From: Seison nebaliae
Lineage: Eukaryota
Direction: 5' to 3'
Assembly (NCBI GenBank): GCA_023231475.1
Contig: JALJEE010000091.1
Coordinates: 1 to 46,904, forward strand
Length of the DNA stretch: 46,904 bases
Shown: piece by piece, positions 37,209-46,904 of the stretch
Layout of the letters: each line of letters starts with the position of its first letter
Numbering within the stretch: position 1 is the stretch's first letter
Made by a program: the position numbers and the translations under genes
The notes under the pieces: generated by a model
Seen by the model: only the letters and a program-made list of their open reading frames with translations
Database searches by the model: none
Told to the model about the DNA's origin: nothing

Positions 37209-37469
37209 TTGAAAATTGAAGAGATATATGGGAATGATATCGAGAATATTTCATTTAATAATTTATTTATTGTATATTGATTGATTTGATTAAATGATAA
37301 ATGTTTCAAGAATGAAATAAAACAATTTGAAGAGAACATTATGACATTAAGGTAAATAATAAATAAGATAAAGTAGGAAAAAAATGAAAATTAAAGAAAA
37401 AATTAGGTGAACTAGAAAAGACCGTATCATACGGTTTCTCATATTGTCGATGTTTTGTTTCTTGATATA

Positions 37470-38075
37470 CTAATGTAATTTTTGTTGTAGTTCTGAAATA
37501 TTTATTACGTTTATCTGAAAGAGTTTTCGAAGGAAATAGTTTGTAAAGAAAATTGAAGGAATAAAGATGAAACTGATAGGACATGGTCTATTGATAGCAT
37601 AGTGGACCGTATGATTGATTTCTTTATAAACAACATCAGGTTGATAATGTTTATTCACATCTATATAATATAAAAATTCAATTGATAAATTTTATTAGAT
37701 AATCGAATGTTTTCTTCATACTAACATGGATGTGTTATCAATAGAATGAGAATTCCGAGACTTAATCCAAGAAATGCTGCCGTCAAACCTCCGACGATTA
37801 AATAAAATGAACAGAAACGTCTCAATGACCAATTGCATGTGTCGCTTTTTGGGCAGAATGGAATAAACGGAGACCAGTACCATTTAGAACAACATAATCC
37901 AATTTCGTTTGCTGATGATTTTGATCCGACATTCTTTTGCATAATAAAAGGAAAAAGAACAAAGAAAAATGAGTACTACGTTTTTTTTATTGTGGAAGTG
38001 AACGACGTCTGCAGACATATGGATTGATGGAGAAACGAGAATGGAATAATTGGCATTTATTTCATATACGGACAT
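37470..38075 (-). CDS. Small three-exon protein with a Cys-rich juxtamembrane segment and one TM helix; unknown
   Basis: ORFs 37884-38075, 37721-37942 and 37470-37658 can be joined by short GT-AG introns in compatible phases (e.g. CCA T|GTTAGT...TATAG|AT GTG). TM segment FYLIVGGLTAAFLGLSLGILILLI. Confidence 0.5.
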
Positions 38076-38141
38076 ACATTATGTATTAGTTGACATTAAT
38101 TAAATGAAAATTACTCCTTTCATGAAACATTACATAACAAC

Positions 38142-38157
38142 AATGATGATGATGATG

Positions 38158-38192
<35 letters not shown>
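38142..38192. repeat. Compound (GAT)n(TAT)n microsatellite
   Basis: Seen directly in the sequence. Confidence 0.9.
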
Positions 38193-38194
<2 letters not shown>

Positions 38195-38237
38195 CTTTTA
38201 TTTCAAAGATAATTCAAGTAATTATATTATTGCTTCC

Positions 38238-38957
38238 TTAACATCGAAATGTTGATGAAAAAGGTCTTATAAAAATAAAACATCTTGAAAAGTTAACTTC
38301 AATCAAATTAATGGGATAAGATGAGTAATTTAATTGTTCTAATTTTCTGGTAGGAAAATTTTTTGTTTTCTCAATATTCGTTGAATAAGTTCCAATATTT
38401 TCCTCCGAAATTGATGGAATATTTTCTTTTTTATGATACAGAAATTTTTCTTTTATCATTTTCATATTTTTCCCAAAACAGTGCTCTTTCGGAGATTTAT
38501 CTATTTCCGACGGAACATCATAAATATTTGGAACATTTTTCATGGAAAAAACTTTCGGTTCCGCTTTTTTTGTATTTAATTTTGGATGAAAAATTTCCAA
38601 ATTGTTCTCGAAGAAATGTTGTTCAATGACTGAGGACAACGTGACATTTGTCTGCAATTCGTGGCTTTTACCTTTCTTACGGTATGCTTCCTTCGAACGA
38701 TGTCTTTCAACACGTTTTTGATTTTCTTTTAAAATTTCCTCTTTTTCCACTTTCTGTATTTTACATGCTAAACATCTTTTTAACCACAATTCGGCCACTT
38801 CCTCCGTGTGCATTCTTAATGGTGTAACTTTCCATGATGTGCGTTTAGTGTTTTGAGATGGAACATTAACAATGGAAATATTTGTATTTTTTTCGTAAAT
38901 CGAATTCAATGTATTTTCTTTTAAATTTTTATTAAGCATTCTTTTGACTGGCTTCAT
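38238..38957 (-). CDS. Basic 239-aa protein of unknown function
   Basis: ATG-initiated 720-nt ORF in very AT-rich DNA, too long to be likely by chance. No motif recognised. Confidence 0.55.
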   Translation of the reverse strand: MKPVKRMLNKNLKENTLNSIYEKNTNISIVNVPSQNTKRTSWKVTPLRMHTEEVAELWLKRCLACKIQKVEKEEILKENQKRVERHRSKEAYRKKGKSHELQTNVTLSSVIEQHFFENNLEIFHPKLNTKKAEPKVFSMKNVPNIYDVPSEIDKSPKEHCFGKNMKMIKEKFLYHKKENIPSISEENIGTYSTNIEKTKNFPTRKLEQLNYSSYPINLIEVNFSRCFIFIRPFSSTFRC

Positions 38958-39503
38958 TGAAAATAAATTTCTTATTATGCTAAAAAGAATGACTAAGGTT
39001 AAACAAGTTTTCGTCCATGTTCGAATTTCGTTTGGCTTATTATAATCTTTTACATCAGATCAATGATAATTAACATTTGTTTATTTATGTAATGACATTT
39101 TACTATTAGTTATACGTATGTATACCCACTCTTAATAATATCTTTTCCATCATCAGTTCTACAGAAAATTAAAACCTTTACTCATTGCACGAACAACCTA
39201 ATTCCTAAAAATTCACAATATAATAACAATCAAACCAATTTCTTTTAAATTCACAATATCAATCCATTTTACATTGATTGTTGATTGAAACGACAAAAAG
39301 TCAACGTTATGGAAAATTCGCTAGAACGATAACTTACGTAGATAACTACATAATAATACAACTCCAAATAAAGTCAAAAATATGCCTGTTTTCCAATGAT
39401 GAAATTTTTGAAGATGATAATTATTATTATTTTCAAGTATAAGTAACTTTTTATTCTTATGAAAACTTTTAATGAATTTCCTAGAGATAAGTTCATAAAA
39501 CAT

Positions 39504-40931
39504 TCACCAATTAATCACTCTCTGCATCATTCTTTTCAGAGCAGTCATTTGGAAGCCTCGTTGGTGAGCTGTTAAGGTAAAATGAAAAAAGTAAGTAGAA
39601 AATTTTCTAACGATACCACATTCCGGTGTAACCCCACCAATCCCAACAACCATATGGATTAGTAAATGCGTTCTTACTTATTTGAGGATATAATATTACG
39701 ATATTATTCAATTCCGCTACTTCATTCAGTCCATTATAGTAAATGAAATCATCTTTCACATATTCACTATTTAAACAAAATTTTAAATTAAATTAATTAA
39801 GTTAATTAACTGTCCTTGTTCACATCCATGGAATGAGATATGAAATCGGCATTCTTTAACGAAATGAAAATGAAAGAAATAAAAGAAATTAGACAGAAAT
39901 AACTTGCTTTTTTATTCTTACAATTTGAGGGAATGTACATATAAGCTGTGGAATCCATCGAATAAGTATATGGAGTGGAAAAATAAAAAAATTCCATAAT
40001 CGATACTTTTTCCATCTAAAACAAATGGTCTTTCAGTTTCTAATTTTCTAATTTTCTAACATTTTCTTTAATGAATCCATTATCTTGATATCGATTTGGT
40101 TGTAAAATTGAATGATTATAAAGATGATTCATCATTTCATATCCGAAATCATAATCACATTTATTCATGAAATTTCTTTGTAAATCTTCACATTTTCCAC
40201 CGAAAGTTTTAGTGACCTATGAAACAAAATTTTTAAATATAGAGAATTATTTATCAATCGTAACAAATCCATGGTTAGAGAGTAAGTCATACTTTGTCTT
40301 GATTTGCTTATGTGCATCATTTAGAAAAGGATGGAAGAATTTTTCTGCTTTCACAGTAACATCTATTCAAATAATAAAATATTGAATAATTGGGTCTGTT
40401 GACATAAAATGTTCGTAAACTATGTTCGATAACATGATCGTTGACACCATGTGCAAAGAATAGTCGAGCATTCTCTAAATTATTTAATTTATCGATATAC
40501 CCTACTCCTTCAAAATCTTTTGTTCGTTTTCTCAAATATTCAATATCGATATTGGACGGATCAGTCATACAATCTTTCAATGCCTTCGTCACAGATAATT
40601 GCGCACAGTAAAATGGAGCTATTCAAATGTAAATTAATATAAATGAGAATCCATCTCCATAAAAGTACTAACGGGCACTGATCAATCCTAAACCTTTCAC
40701 ATGTTTCGAATAAGCTACAAGCATCTGAATAGCCATAGCACCTCCACTACTAATACCGGACACGGTTACTACATCATCAATAATATCATATTCCTCTATT
40801 CCAATCAATTTTCCCGAATAATAAATTATAAACGAATAATAAATTTAAAAGTAATCGAATGAAAATTAACTGATATGATTAGTTGAAGATACGAATACTA
40901 TGGAACAAAATAAAATGATAAAATGCATCAT
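39504..40931 (-). CDS. Secreted poly(3-hydroxybutyrate) depolymerase-like esterase (fungal-type PhaZ fold), 9 exons
   Basis: Spliced: signal peptide MMHFIILFCSIVFVSS, VTVSGISSGGAMAIQ (lipase-box Ser), PFYCA, FAHGVNDHVI (Asp), SNHGFVT (His), AYMYIPSNC, FHISFHGCEQG (oxyanion-hole region), NNIVILYPQ, NPYGCWDWWGYTG and FQMTALKRMM. All eight introns preserve the frame. Confidence 0.88.
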
Positions 40932-41675
40932 CTTCAGACACTGATAGATTGCTGGCTAAAAGAATGATTTTATTATTTATAGTTTCTCTCATTTAATTGT
41001 ATTTAAATGCCGTTATTCATCTTAACTCTATTTACTTTGAATTTAAATTTTATTTTTGAAAGATCGAATTTTTCCATCACTGACAATGACACTCGCAAGA
41101 CAATTCATCGATTTTTCAATTTTCATATGTCAGCGAATAAAATTAACTAAACTTTTAATAGGACAAAAAACAATTTGAAGAGAATTGAGATTTCTTTAAT
41201 TTGTATCTTTTTATTCCTCTTCTCTTTAATTGGGTGAAGGAAAGACCTTTTTACTAATCATTTTAATAGTTTCATAAATAAACTCGAACAGAACTTATTG
41301 TTTTGTCCTTTTAATATGATTTCATAATGCGATACCTCTAAAAATAATATTTAAAGATGACTTAACGAACTTCTACCAACAAAAAATTTTCTATCAATTC
41401 AATAATTTATATTACGTTTAAGCAAAATTTTAAGGATCCTATTCAAATACTTTAAATTATTCTAATTAATATAATTATAGAATTAATAGTAGCATCCAAT
41501 ACTTAATTCGGAAATACGTAATCGAAATCATAAAACTTTAACTTATTGTTCACATATTTCCCCATTAAGGAAAGTAATTGACCTTGCTTGCACCAAATGT
41601 TTCGATGAAGAAGAATCGTTTTCGTTTTGAAAGTTGGTTAGTATGCAGTAATATGTAGTGTTATAGTTGAAAAAT

Positions 41676-42333
41676 ATGTCATTAATTGTAACAAGACTAA
41701 TTTTTATATTTGTTAAAATTTTCATATTTCTTGCGCAAACTGATGGAAATGGGTTATGTAAATTAAATGATAAGATAAATGTGGAGAGAAATACAATTTC
41801 GAAAATTAATAATTGTACGAATTGTTCTTGTACTAGAGTACCTGAAGATGATAAACAGATTGATAATATTCAATGTGACACGACTTGTCCGTATTGTAAA
41901 CTATCGAATTATTCGATCGGTTGTTGTTTAAATTGTGAAGGTTGTCTTTTGTCATTAATATAGTGTAATTCATTTATTTGAGTTAGTTCATTCAACTAAT
42001 CCTTCTTCAACAGATCAACAAGAAACATCAACAAATCAAAATTTAAACAATTCAATTGATATACATTATTTGCTATTCAAATTTAGCATTTCAAATAATT
42101 TCCCTTGGGATCAATGTATTGAGAAGTTTGGAGACAAACAATATTGTGATAAGAACGAAAGATGTGTAATTCATCAACAACTTCCAATTTGTCAACAAAT
42201 ATTTCACTCCAAAATAACTTGTGAAGTTAATTCAAGTTTTATTCAAAATTATTTTTTGACGATTTTAAAGTTCTTTTGTGAGAAAAATTCAACTTGCGTA
42301 GAAGAAACTGGTAATTATTATTGTTTTCCTTAA
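41676..42333 (+). CDS. Small secreted cysteine-rich protein (VWC-like plus EGF-like modules), multi-exon
   Basis: Hydrophobic N-terminus, then CTNCSC...C...CPYC...GCCLNC (VWC-like). Downstream exons give C...CDKNERC...PIC and CEKNSTCVEETGNYYC (EGF-like, apparently incomplete). Confidence 0.6.
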
Positions 42334-42605
42334 TAATCAAATAAAATATGTTTATTTCTCAATTAAATTCCATTTATATATAATCTCAATAACCGGAAAA
42401 CAGAAATTCTGCCATTTCGATCAGACAGATGAAAAAATTTTTTAGGGGAATTGAAGGAAGATTAACCACAAAATGATTAAGTGAAAAATTCCTAAAATGA
42501 AATTAAGAATTTAATTGAGAAACAATTTTTTTTTCAATATTTTCAATTATTACAATCGTTTGTTTCAACTTATCTGAATGTTCGAAGAGGAATTGATGTT
42601 TGTAT

Positions 42606-44178
42606 TTAATACGAATCTAATTCTTGTCGGATGACTTCACTGGTTGGGGATAATTCAGCAATTTTGATATCTACAAAATAAATATATGAGAAGAATAATG
42701 GAAAATTAACTGAAATATTGTTCAATCTGCTTAATCATTTCGTATTCTCTTTCAGTTCGACAGAAATTTATAGCAATACCTCGTCGACCAAAACGACCCG
42801 TTCTTCCAATTCGATGAACATAAGTCTCTAAATCAATCTGACGATCCATTAATGGGAGATCATAATTCAATACGAGATTCACTTGCTCAATATCGATTCC
42901 ACGAGCGGTAACATTCGTAGAAATGAGAAAACGAATATCACCTTCTCGAAATTGTTGGATGACTTGTCGACGTTGTTCAATTGTCAAATCCGCTGATAAT
43001 AATCCCACAGAGAATCCATATTGAAGAATTCTCTCCGATAACGCTTTCGCCGTCGATCGTCGATGACAGAAAGTGATGGTTTGTCCAATCGTCACATTGG
43101 AGAGAATGAGATGAATTACTCGGAATTTTTCTTCATCATCACGACATCTGACATAATATTGTATAATATTATCAAGTACTTGTTTATCTTTTGGTAATTC
43201 TATGGCAACAGCTTTCGGAATAATTTTCTTGGCGAAATTTTTCACTTCATCTGTATAAGTGGCGGAAAATAAAAGGATTTGACATATGTTTGAATCTAAA
43301 TGTTGTTTCAAATTTAATGTGAATGTTTGATGTCCACGTTCCGATATCATGACATCGGCTTCATCCAAAATGAACATTTTCAACTTTTTCGGATCCAACA
43401 TTTTATGATTGATAATCCAATTTTCTAATGTTCCCGGAGTGCCGATAACTAATTGATGTTCTAATTTAGTCCCAAATGGAATGGAATAATCAGCACGAAC
43501 AGCATAAGCAATTGATAGTTCAGGAATATGAATGCTTAATTTATTAGCAACATTGCCCACCTGTAAAGCCAGTTCATATGTTGGACATACGATTAAGACT
43601 TGTGGGTACTTCTCTTTAGGATCGATTGTTCGTAATGCGGCAAGAATAAATGTCGCTGTTTTACCAGTACCAGATTGTGATTGTGCTAACAAATTATTTC
43701 GTTTCTTATTGAATAAGTGAGTGAGTGTCGTTTCCTGAATACGCGTCGGTTTTGTAAAATTCATATTATACAATGCTTTTATGATCTCATTTGGTAATCC
43801 AAATTGTTTGAAAGTGCCTTGGGAATAAAGTGGGGAGCGTTCATCATTTTGGAGATCTGCTGATTTGTTCCTATTGTCATTTTGGTCATTTTTAATTTCA
43901 TTATACTCTTTCGAAAGTGTATCCTTTATCATATCCTCTTTCTTCTTTAAAAGAGTATGATCTATTTGTGGTTGTATGTGAACTGGTTGGTTGGATTCGG
44001 GATTCCATTGATTACCGGCATTCATTGGCGTAGGAATAAAGTGTACGTTGTTATTATTAAAATGAAACTTTCCCGACTGATCGGCGGTCATTGGTTGAGG
44101 AGGTTGCTGTGGATCATAAGGATGGGAATTATCATATTCTGGAGGCAGTTGATATCGATCAAATTTATTATTCGACAT
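42606..44178 (-). CDS. DDX19: DEAD-box RNA helicase DDX19/Dbp5 (DDX19/DDX25 family)
   Basis: AQSQSGTGKT, PTYELALQ, GTPG, DEAD, FSAT, TNVTARGID and YVHRIGRTGRFG. The last exon follows a GTTAAT intron and ends ...RQELDSY* at 42606. Confidence 0.92.
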
Positions 44179-44569
44179 ATTTAATAACGTTCAAGAAGAT
44201 TTCAAACGAATAAAGACTAAACAATTGTTCCAAATTTCAATTACAACTATACCGTCGTTATTCTTTAAAGCCTCATATTTAATAATGCATTTAGATAAAA
44301 CATATTTAAATTCCAATTGTGAGAAGGCTTCGTGATTAACCAAAGTTTCGAGAAGATACACGTGACATCTGGTCGCCAGAATACTCATTCATATTGTAAA
44401 AGCTGCGAAAAATATTTTAGCCGGATAAATTGAAACACTGGATACTTATAAGAACGTATATGTTTGTCTATCCAACAAGATCAACAGGATCTTCAATCCA
44501 AACAAGAATAAGTTATTATCAATTTATCATTATTCAATTTCTGAGCTTCAGCACTTACCATTTGTAATG

Positions 44570-44745
44570 TGTAGATTTATTAATAAAAGTAATAATTGAT
44601 TCTTTGAATCGAAAAATATATTAATGGAATAGCAAACGAAAAAGGTGATGATCTTCAGTTCATTCTTTTCTTTTATAGATCATCATTTCCGCTTTTTGAC
44701 ATAGATAGTTCCTTTTTTTACATTTAAATCAATGTCAATCCTACA
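44570..44745 (-). repeat. Putative 3' LTR (~176 bp)
   Basis: Starts TGTAG immediately after the PPT and ends CTACA (5-bp terminal inverted repeat). Contains TATAAAA and AATAAA on the element strand. The partner LTR is outside the window. Confidence 0.65.
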
Positions 44746-46903
44746 TTTCCTCCCCCAATAAATGGTTGTACTCCAAGAAACATTGATTGGAACAGTACCA
44801 CGTTCCTCTTATTCTCCCCTTCACCTTTGCACAAGATTTGTGCAACCACCCAATTGGGCACTTTCTATTGGAGCACTCGATATATGATTTCTTCCCGGCC
44901 GGTTGGTGACAGAAGCAGAAAACGTCCGCTTCCGCTGGTTTCGTTCTTTTCTTCTCTTCTAACATTTTCCTATCTTGAAGTTGAATTCGTCTTCTCCCCA
45001 TCTCCATTTCGCTGTCACTTGCATCCTTATCCTCGATTCTTTGATCTAATACGCTTATTTGTCCGTCATCCCATTCTCTTTCGTCCCAATTTTGTGTCCC
45101 TATCATTTCGCCATTTTCGATCTCGTTGGTTTCTGCTTCGCTTCTGTTTTCTTCCGCTGCATCTTCGCCTACTCCTGTTGGCTCGGATTCTCCGTCTGGT
45201 TCCTCGTTGTAAGCATCCTCCACCGTTTGAGCTTCTTGCTCATTGACAACCTCCGGATATATCTCTCCTATGATGGGCGCAAATATTACTTCTTCTTCTG
45301 ATGATTCTGATTCCTCCTTTGAGTCGTCGGAGTAATCTTCGATGTGTTGCAGATGTTCTTTTCGTTGATGAATCGGCTTCAATCGTTTCCTATTGACTAT
45401 TTTCCCGCTTTCCTTCAGTTTATATGTATGTTCGTCTATTTTCCCCTGGATTGTGAATATTTGGTTGTGCCAGTATGGATCAAATTTGGATCTTCTGTTT
45501 TCGCTTCGCAGCATTACCTTTGTGCCAGACTCCAATACTTCCATTTTCTTTGCAGTTTTATCGAATTGTCGTTTCTGTTCTCTTCTTCCTTTCTCCAAAT
45601 TTTCCGTTATTTGTCGTTCCATTTCTTGATCATTATTCGATGATTCCTGCCATCTCATCATTGCATTCATCGGAGGTATTTTCGTTGAGGTATGTGCCGT
45701 TCTTCTATATGCGAGTAGTGCTGAAGGAAGTAACTTGTCCCATTCTCGTTCCTCATCGCAATGTCTTCTAATATAACCAATAAACGTTCGATTTAATCTC
45801 TCCACCAATCCGTCACATTGGGGGTGGTATCCACTGGTCCGACATTTTTTTATACCCATCCTATCACACAAACTCCTTACAATTTTGCCGTCAACATTTC
45901 CTCCCTGATCTGAATGTAGCTTCTTGGGTGGCCCCGTCAATGAAAAAATTTCTATTAATCGTTCCACAATGGTCTCGGCCCTTTGATCTCTCATTGCGTA
46001 TGCAAACGGAAATTTCGTGACATAATCGCTCACCACTAAGATATATTTGTTGCCTCTTTGGGTTTCTATCAATGGTCCCATCACATCCATCGCCATCAAA
46101 TCTCCTGCCCTTTGTACTTCGATGTTTTGTAAGGGTTCGTGTTTCCTAATTGGTACTTGTGATCTTTGACACGTCCAACATGATTTTACCCAATTATCGA
46201 CATCTGCCTTCATTGATTGCCAAAAATATTTCTCTTCAATTAATCGGTATGTTCTTTCTTTCCCAAAATGTCCCGCAACATTTTCGTGGTAATATTTTAT
46301 GATTGTCCCTATTCCTCTTTGGGGTATAATGAATTTAGGTCTTTCATCTGCCTCCCTTACAACCAATATTCCTCGTTGTTCTGTAATTGCTGGCTGTAAT
46401 TTTTTCCAGAAGAATGATAATTGTGACCTCTCTCGTTTCTTGATCTTTCTACATATTTCACATTCCTGTTGCCATCGTTGTATTTCGGATTCGAATCCCT
46501 CCTCGAATGTCGTAATGTGGTTAACTGGGTTCCTGCTTAACCAATCTGCTCCTACATTCTCTTTACCCGCTTTGTATTGGATGCTATAATCGAACGTTGA
46601 CAATCTTATTGACCAATTTAACAGTCGCTTGTTAGAATCTTTTTGTTTCCACAAACTGATTAATGGTTTATGGTCTGTGAACACGTTTGTTTTCGAAAAT
46701 TCCGTATACTGTCGACAATGATTTAATGCCCAAAAAATGGCTAGACCTTCTTTTTCCGTCGTCGAATATCGTTTCTCCGTTTCAGACAATTTCCTTGATG
46801 CGAACAGTATAACTCCTTGTTCCTGCTGGAGGCTTGCCCCAATCGAACAACCGCTGGCATCCGTATACAGATCGAAATTATTATCGAAATTAGGAAATTT
46901 TAA
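44741..46903 (-). CDS. pol: Pol polyprotein C-terminal part: RNase H, integrase (HHCC, DDE), acidic linker, PHD finger
   Basis: LYTDASG...YSTTEKEGLAIFWAL...FTDHKPL (RNase H); YYHENVAGHFG...CWTCQ (HHCC); AMDVMGP, HSDQG and GLVERLN (DDE); CFCHQ...C.NRKC...WLHKSC...WYCSNQC (C4HC3). The frame is open to the window edge. Confidence 0.93.
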   Translation of the reverse strand, partial: LKFPNFDNNFDLYTDASGCSIGASLQQEQGVILFASRKLSETEKRYSTTEKEGLAIFWALNHCRQYTEFSKTNVFTDHKPLISLWKQKDSNKRLLNWSIRLSTFDYSIQYKAGKENVGADWLSRNPVNHITTFEEGFESEIQRWQQECEICRKIKKRERSQLSFFWKKLQPAITEQRGILVVREADERPKFIIPQRGIGTIIKYYHENVAGHFGKERTYRLIEEKYFWQSMKADVDNWVKSCWTCQRSQVPIRKHEPLQNIEVQRAGDLMAMDVMGPLIETQRGNKYILVVSDYVTKFPFAYAMRDQRAETIVERLIEIFSLTGPPKKLHSDQGGNVDGKIVRSLCDRMGIKKCRTSGYHPQCDGLVERLNRTFIGYIRRHCDEEREWDKLLPSALLAYRRTAHTSTKIPPMNAMMRWQESSNNDQEMERQITENLEKGRREQKRQFDKTAKKMEVLESGTKVMLRSENRRSKFDPYWHNQIFTIQGKIDEHTYKLKESGKIVNRKRLKPIHQRKEHLQHIEDYSDDSKEESESSEEEVIFAPIIGEIYPEVVNEQEAQTVEDAYNEEPDGESEPTGVGEDAAEENRSEAETNEIENGEMIGTQNWDEREWDDGQISVLDQRIEDKDASDSEMEMGRRRIQLQDRKMLEEKKRTKPAEADVFCFCHQPAGKKSYIECSNRKCPIGWLHKSCAKVKGRIRGTWYCSNQCFLEYNHLLGEEM

Positions 46904-46904
46904 C

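Larger units (their letters stand above)
44570..46904 (-). mobile_element. Ty3/Gypsy LTR retrotransposon, 3' portion (RNase H, integrase, PHD, PPT, 3' LTR); continues beyond the window
   Basis: RNase H followed by integrase is the Gypsy domain order. The polypurine tract GGGGGAGGAAA directly precedes TGTAGG. GC content is higher than in the flanks. Confidence 0.92.

Noticed and set aside
44555..44563. TGGTAAG after the LTR as a primer-binding site of a tandem element
   Set aside because: No gag-like ORF follows. It is better explained as a host GTAAGT splice donor.
44827..46589. Plus-strand ORFs inside the retrotransposon
   Set aside because: Antisense shadows of pol with no recognisable domains.

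Overview
AT-rich, gene-dense eukaryotic DNA from a ciliated invertebrate with a compact genome and mostly 42-65 nt introns. The metazoan assignment is inferred from EOGT, INTS7 and RSPH1; the species cannot be fixed from this window. Left to right: a decayed MULE transposase next to a probable hAT-like element end; an RSPH1 (MORN-repeat) gene with an RFX X-box and a very long chain of acidic phase-1 exons; an unresolved 9-12.5 kb region; an unknown ~1000 aa helical protein; an EGF-like single-pass membrane gene whose last intron contains the whole antisense NOLC1/Nopp140 ORF; a signal-anchor protein; CMC2; EOGT; ELAC2; ZCCHC9; a solitary H2A; divergent INTS7; several small membrane or unknown genes; an intron-rich, catalytically intact PHB-depolymerase-like gene; a VWC/EGF-like secreted protein; DDX19; and the 3' part of a Ty3/Gypsy LTR retrotransposon. 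Most notable: (1) the Gypsy integrase ends in an ING-type PHD finger and the element sits just upstream of a housekeeping gene; (2) NOLC1 is nested with its stop codon overlapping the host splice donor; (3) 5' splice sites are strongly biased to GTT instead of GTR; (4) an animal PHB depolymerase; (5) a giant RSPH1 tail. All gene models are manual reconstructions, with no transcript or database evidence.
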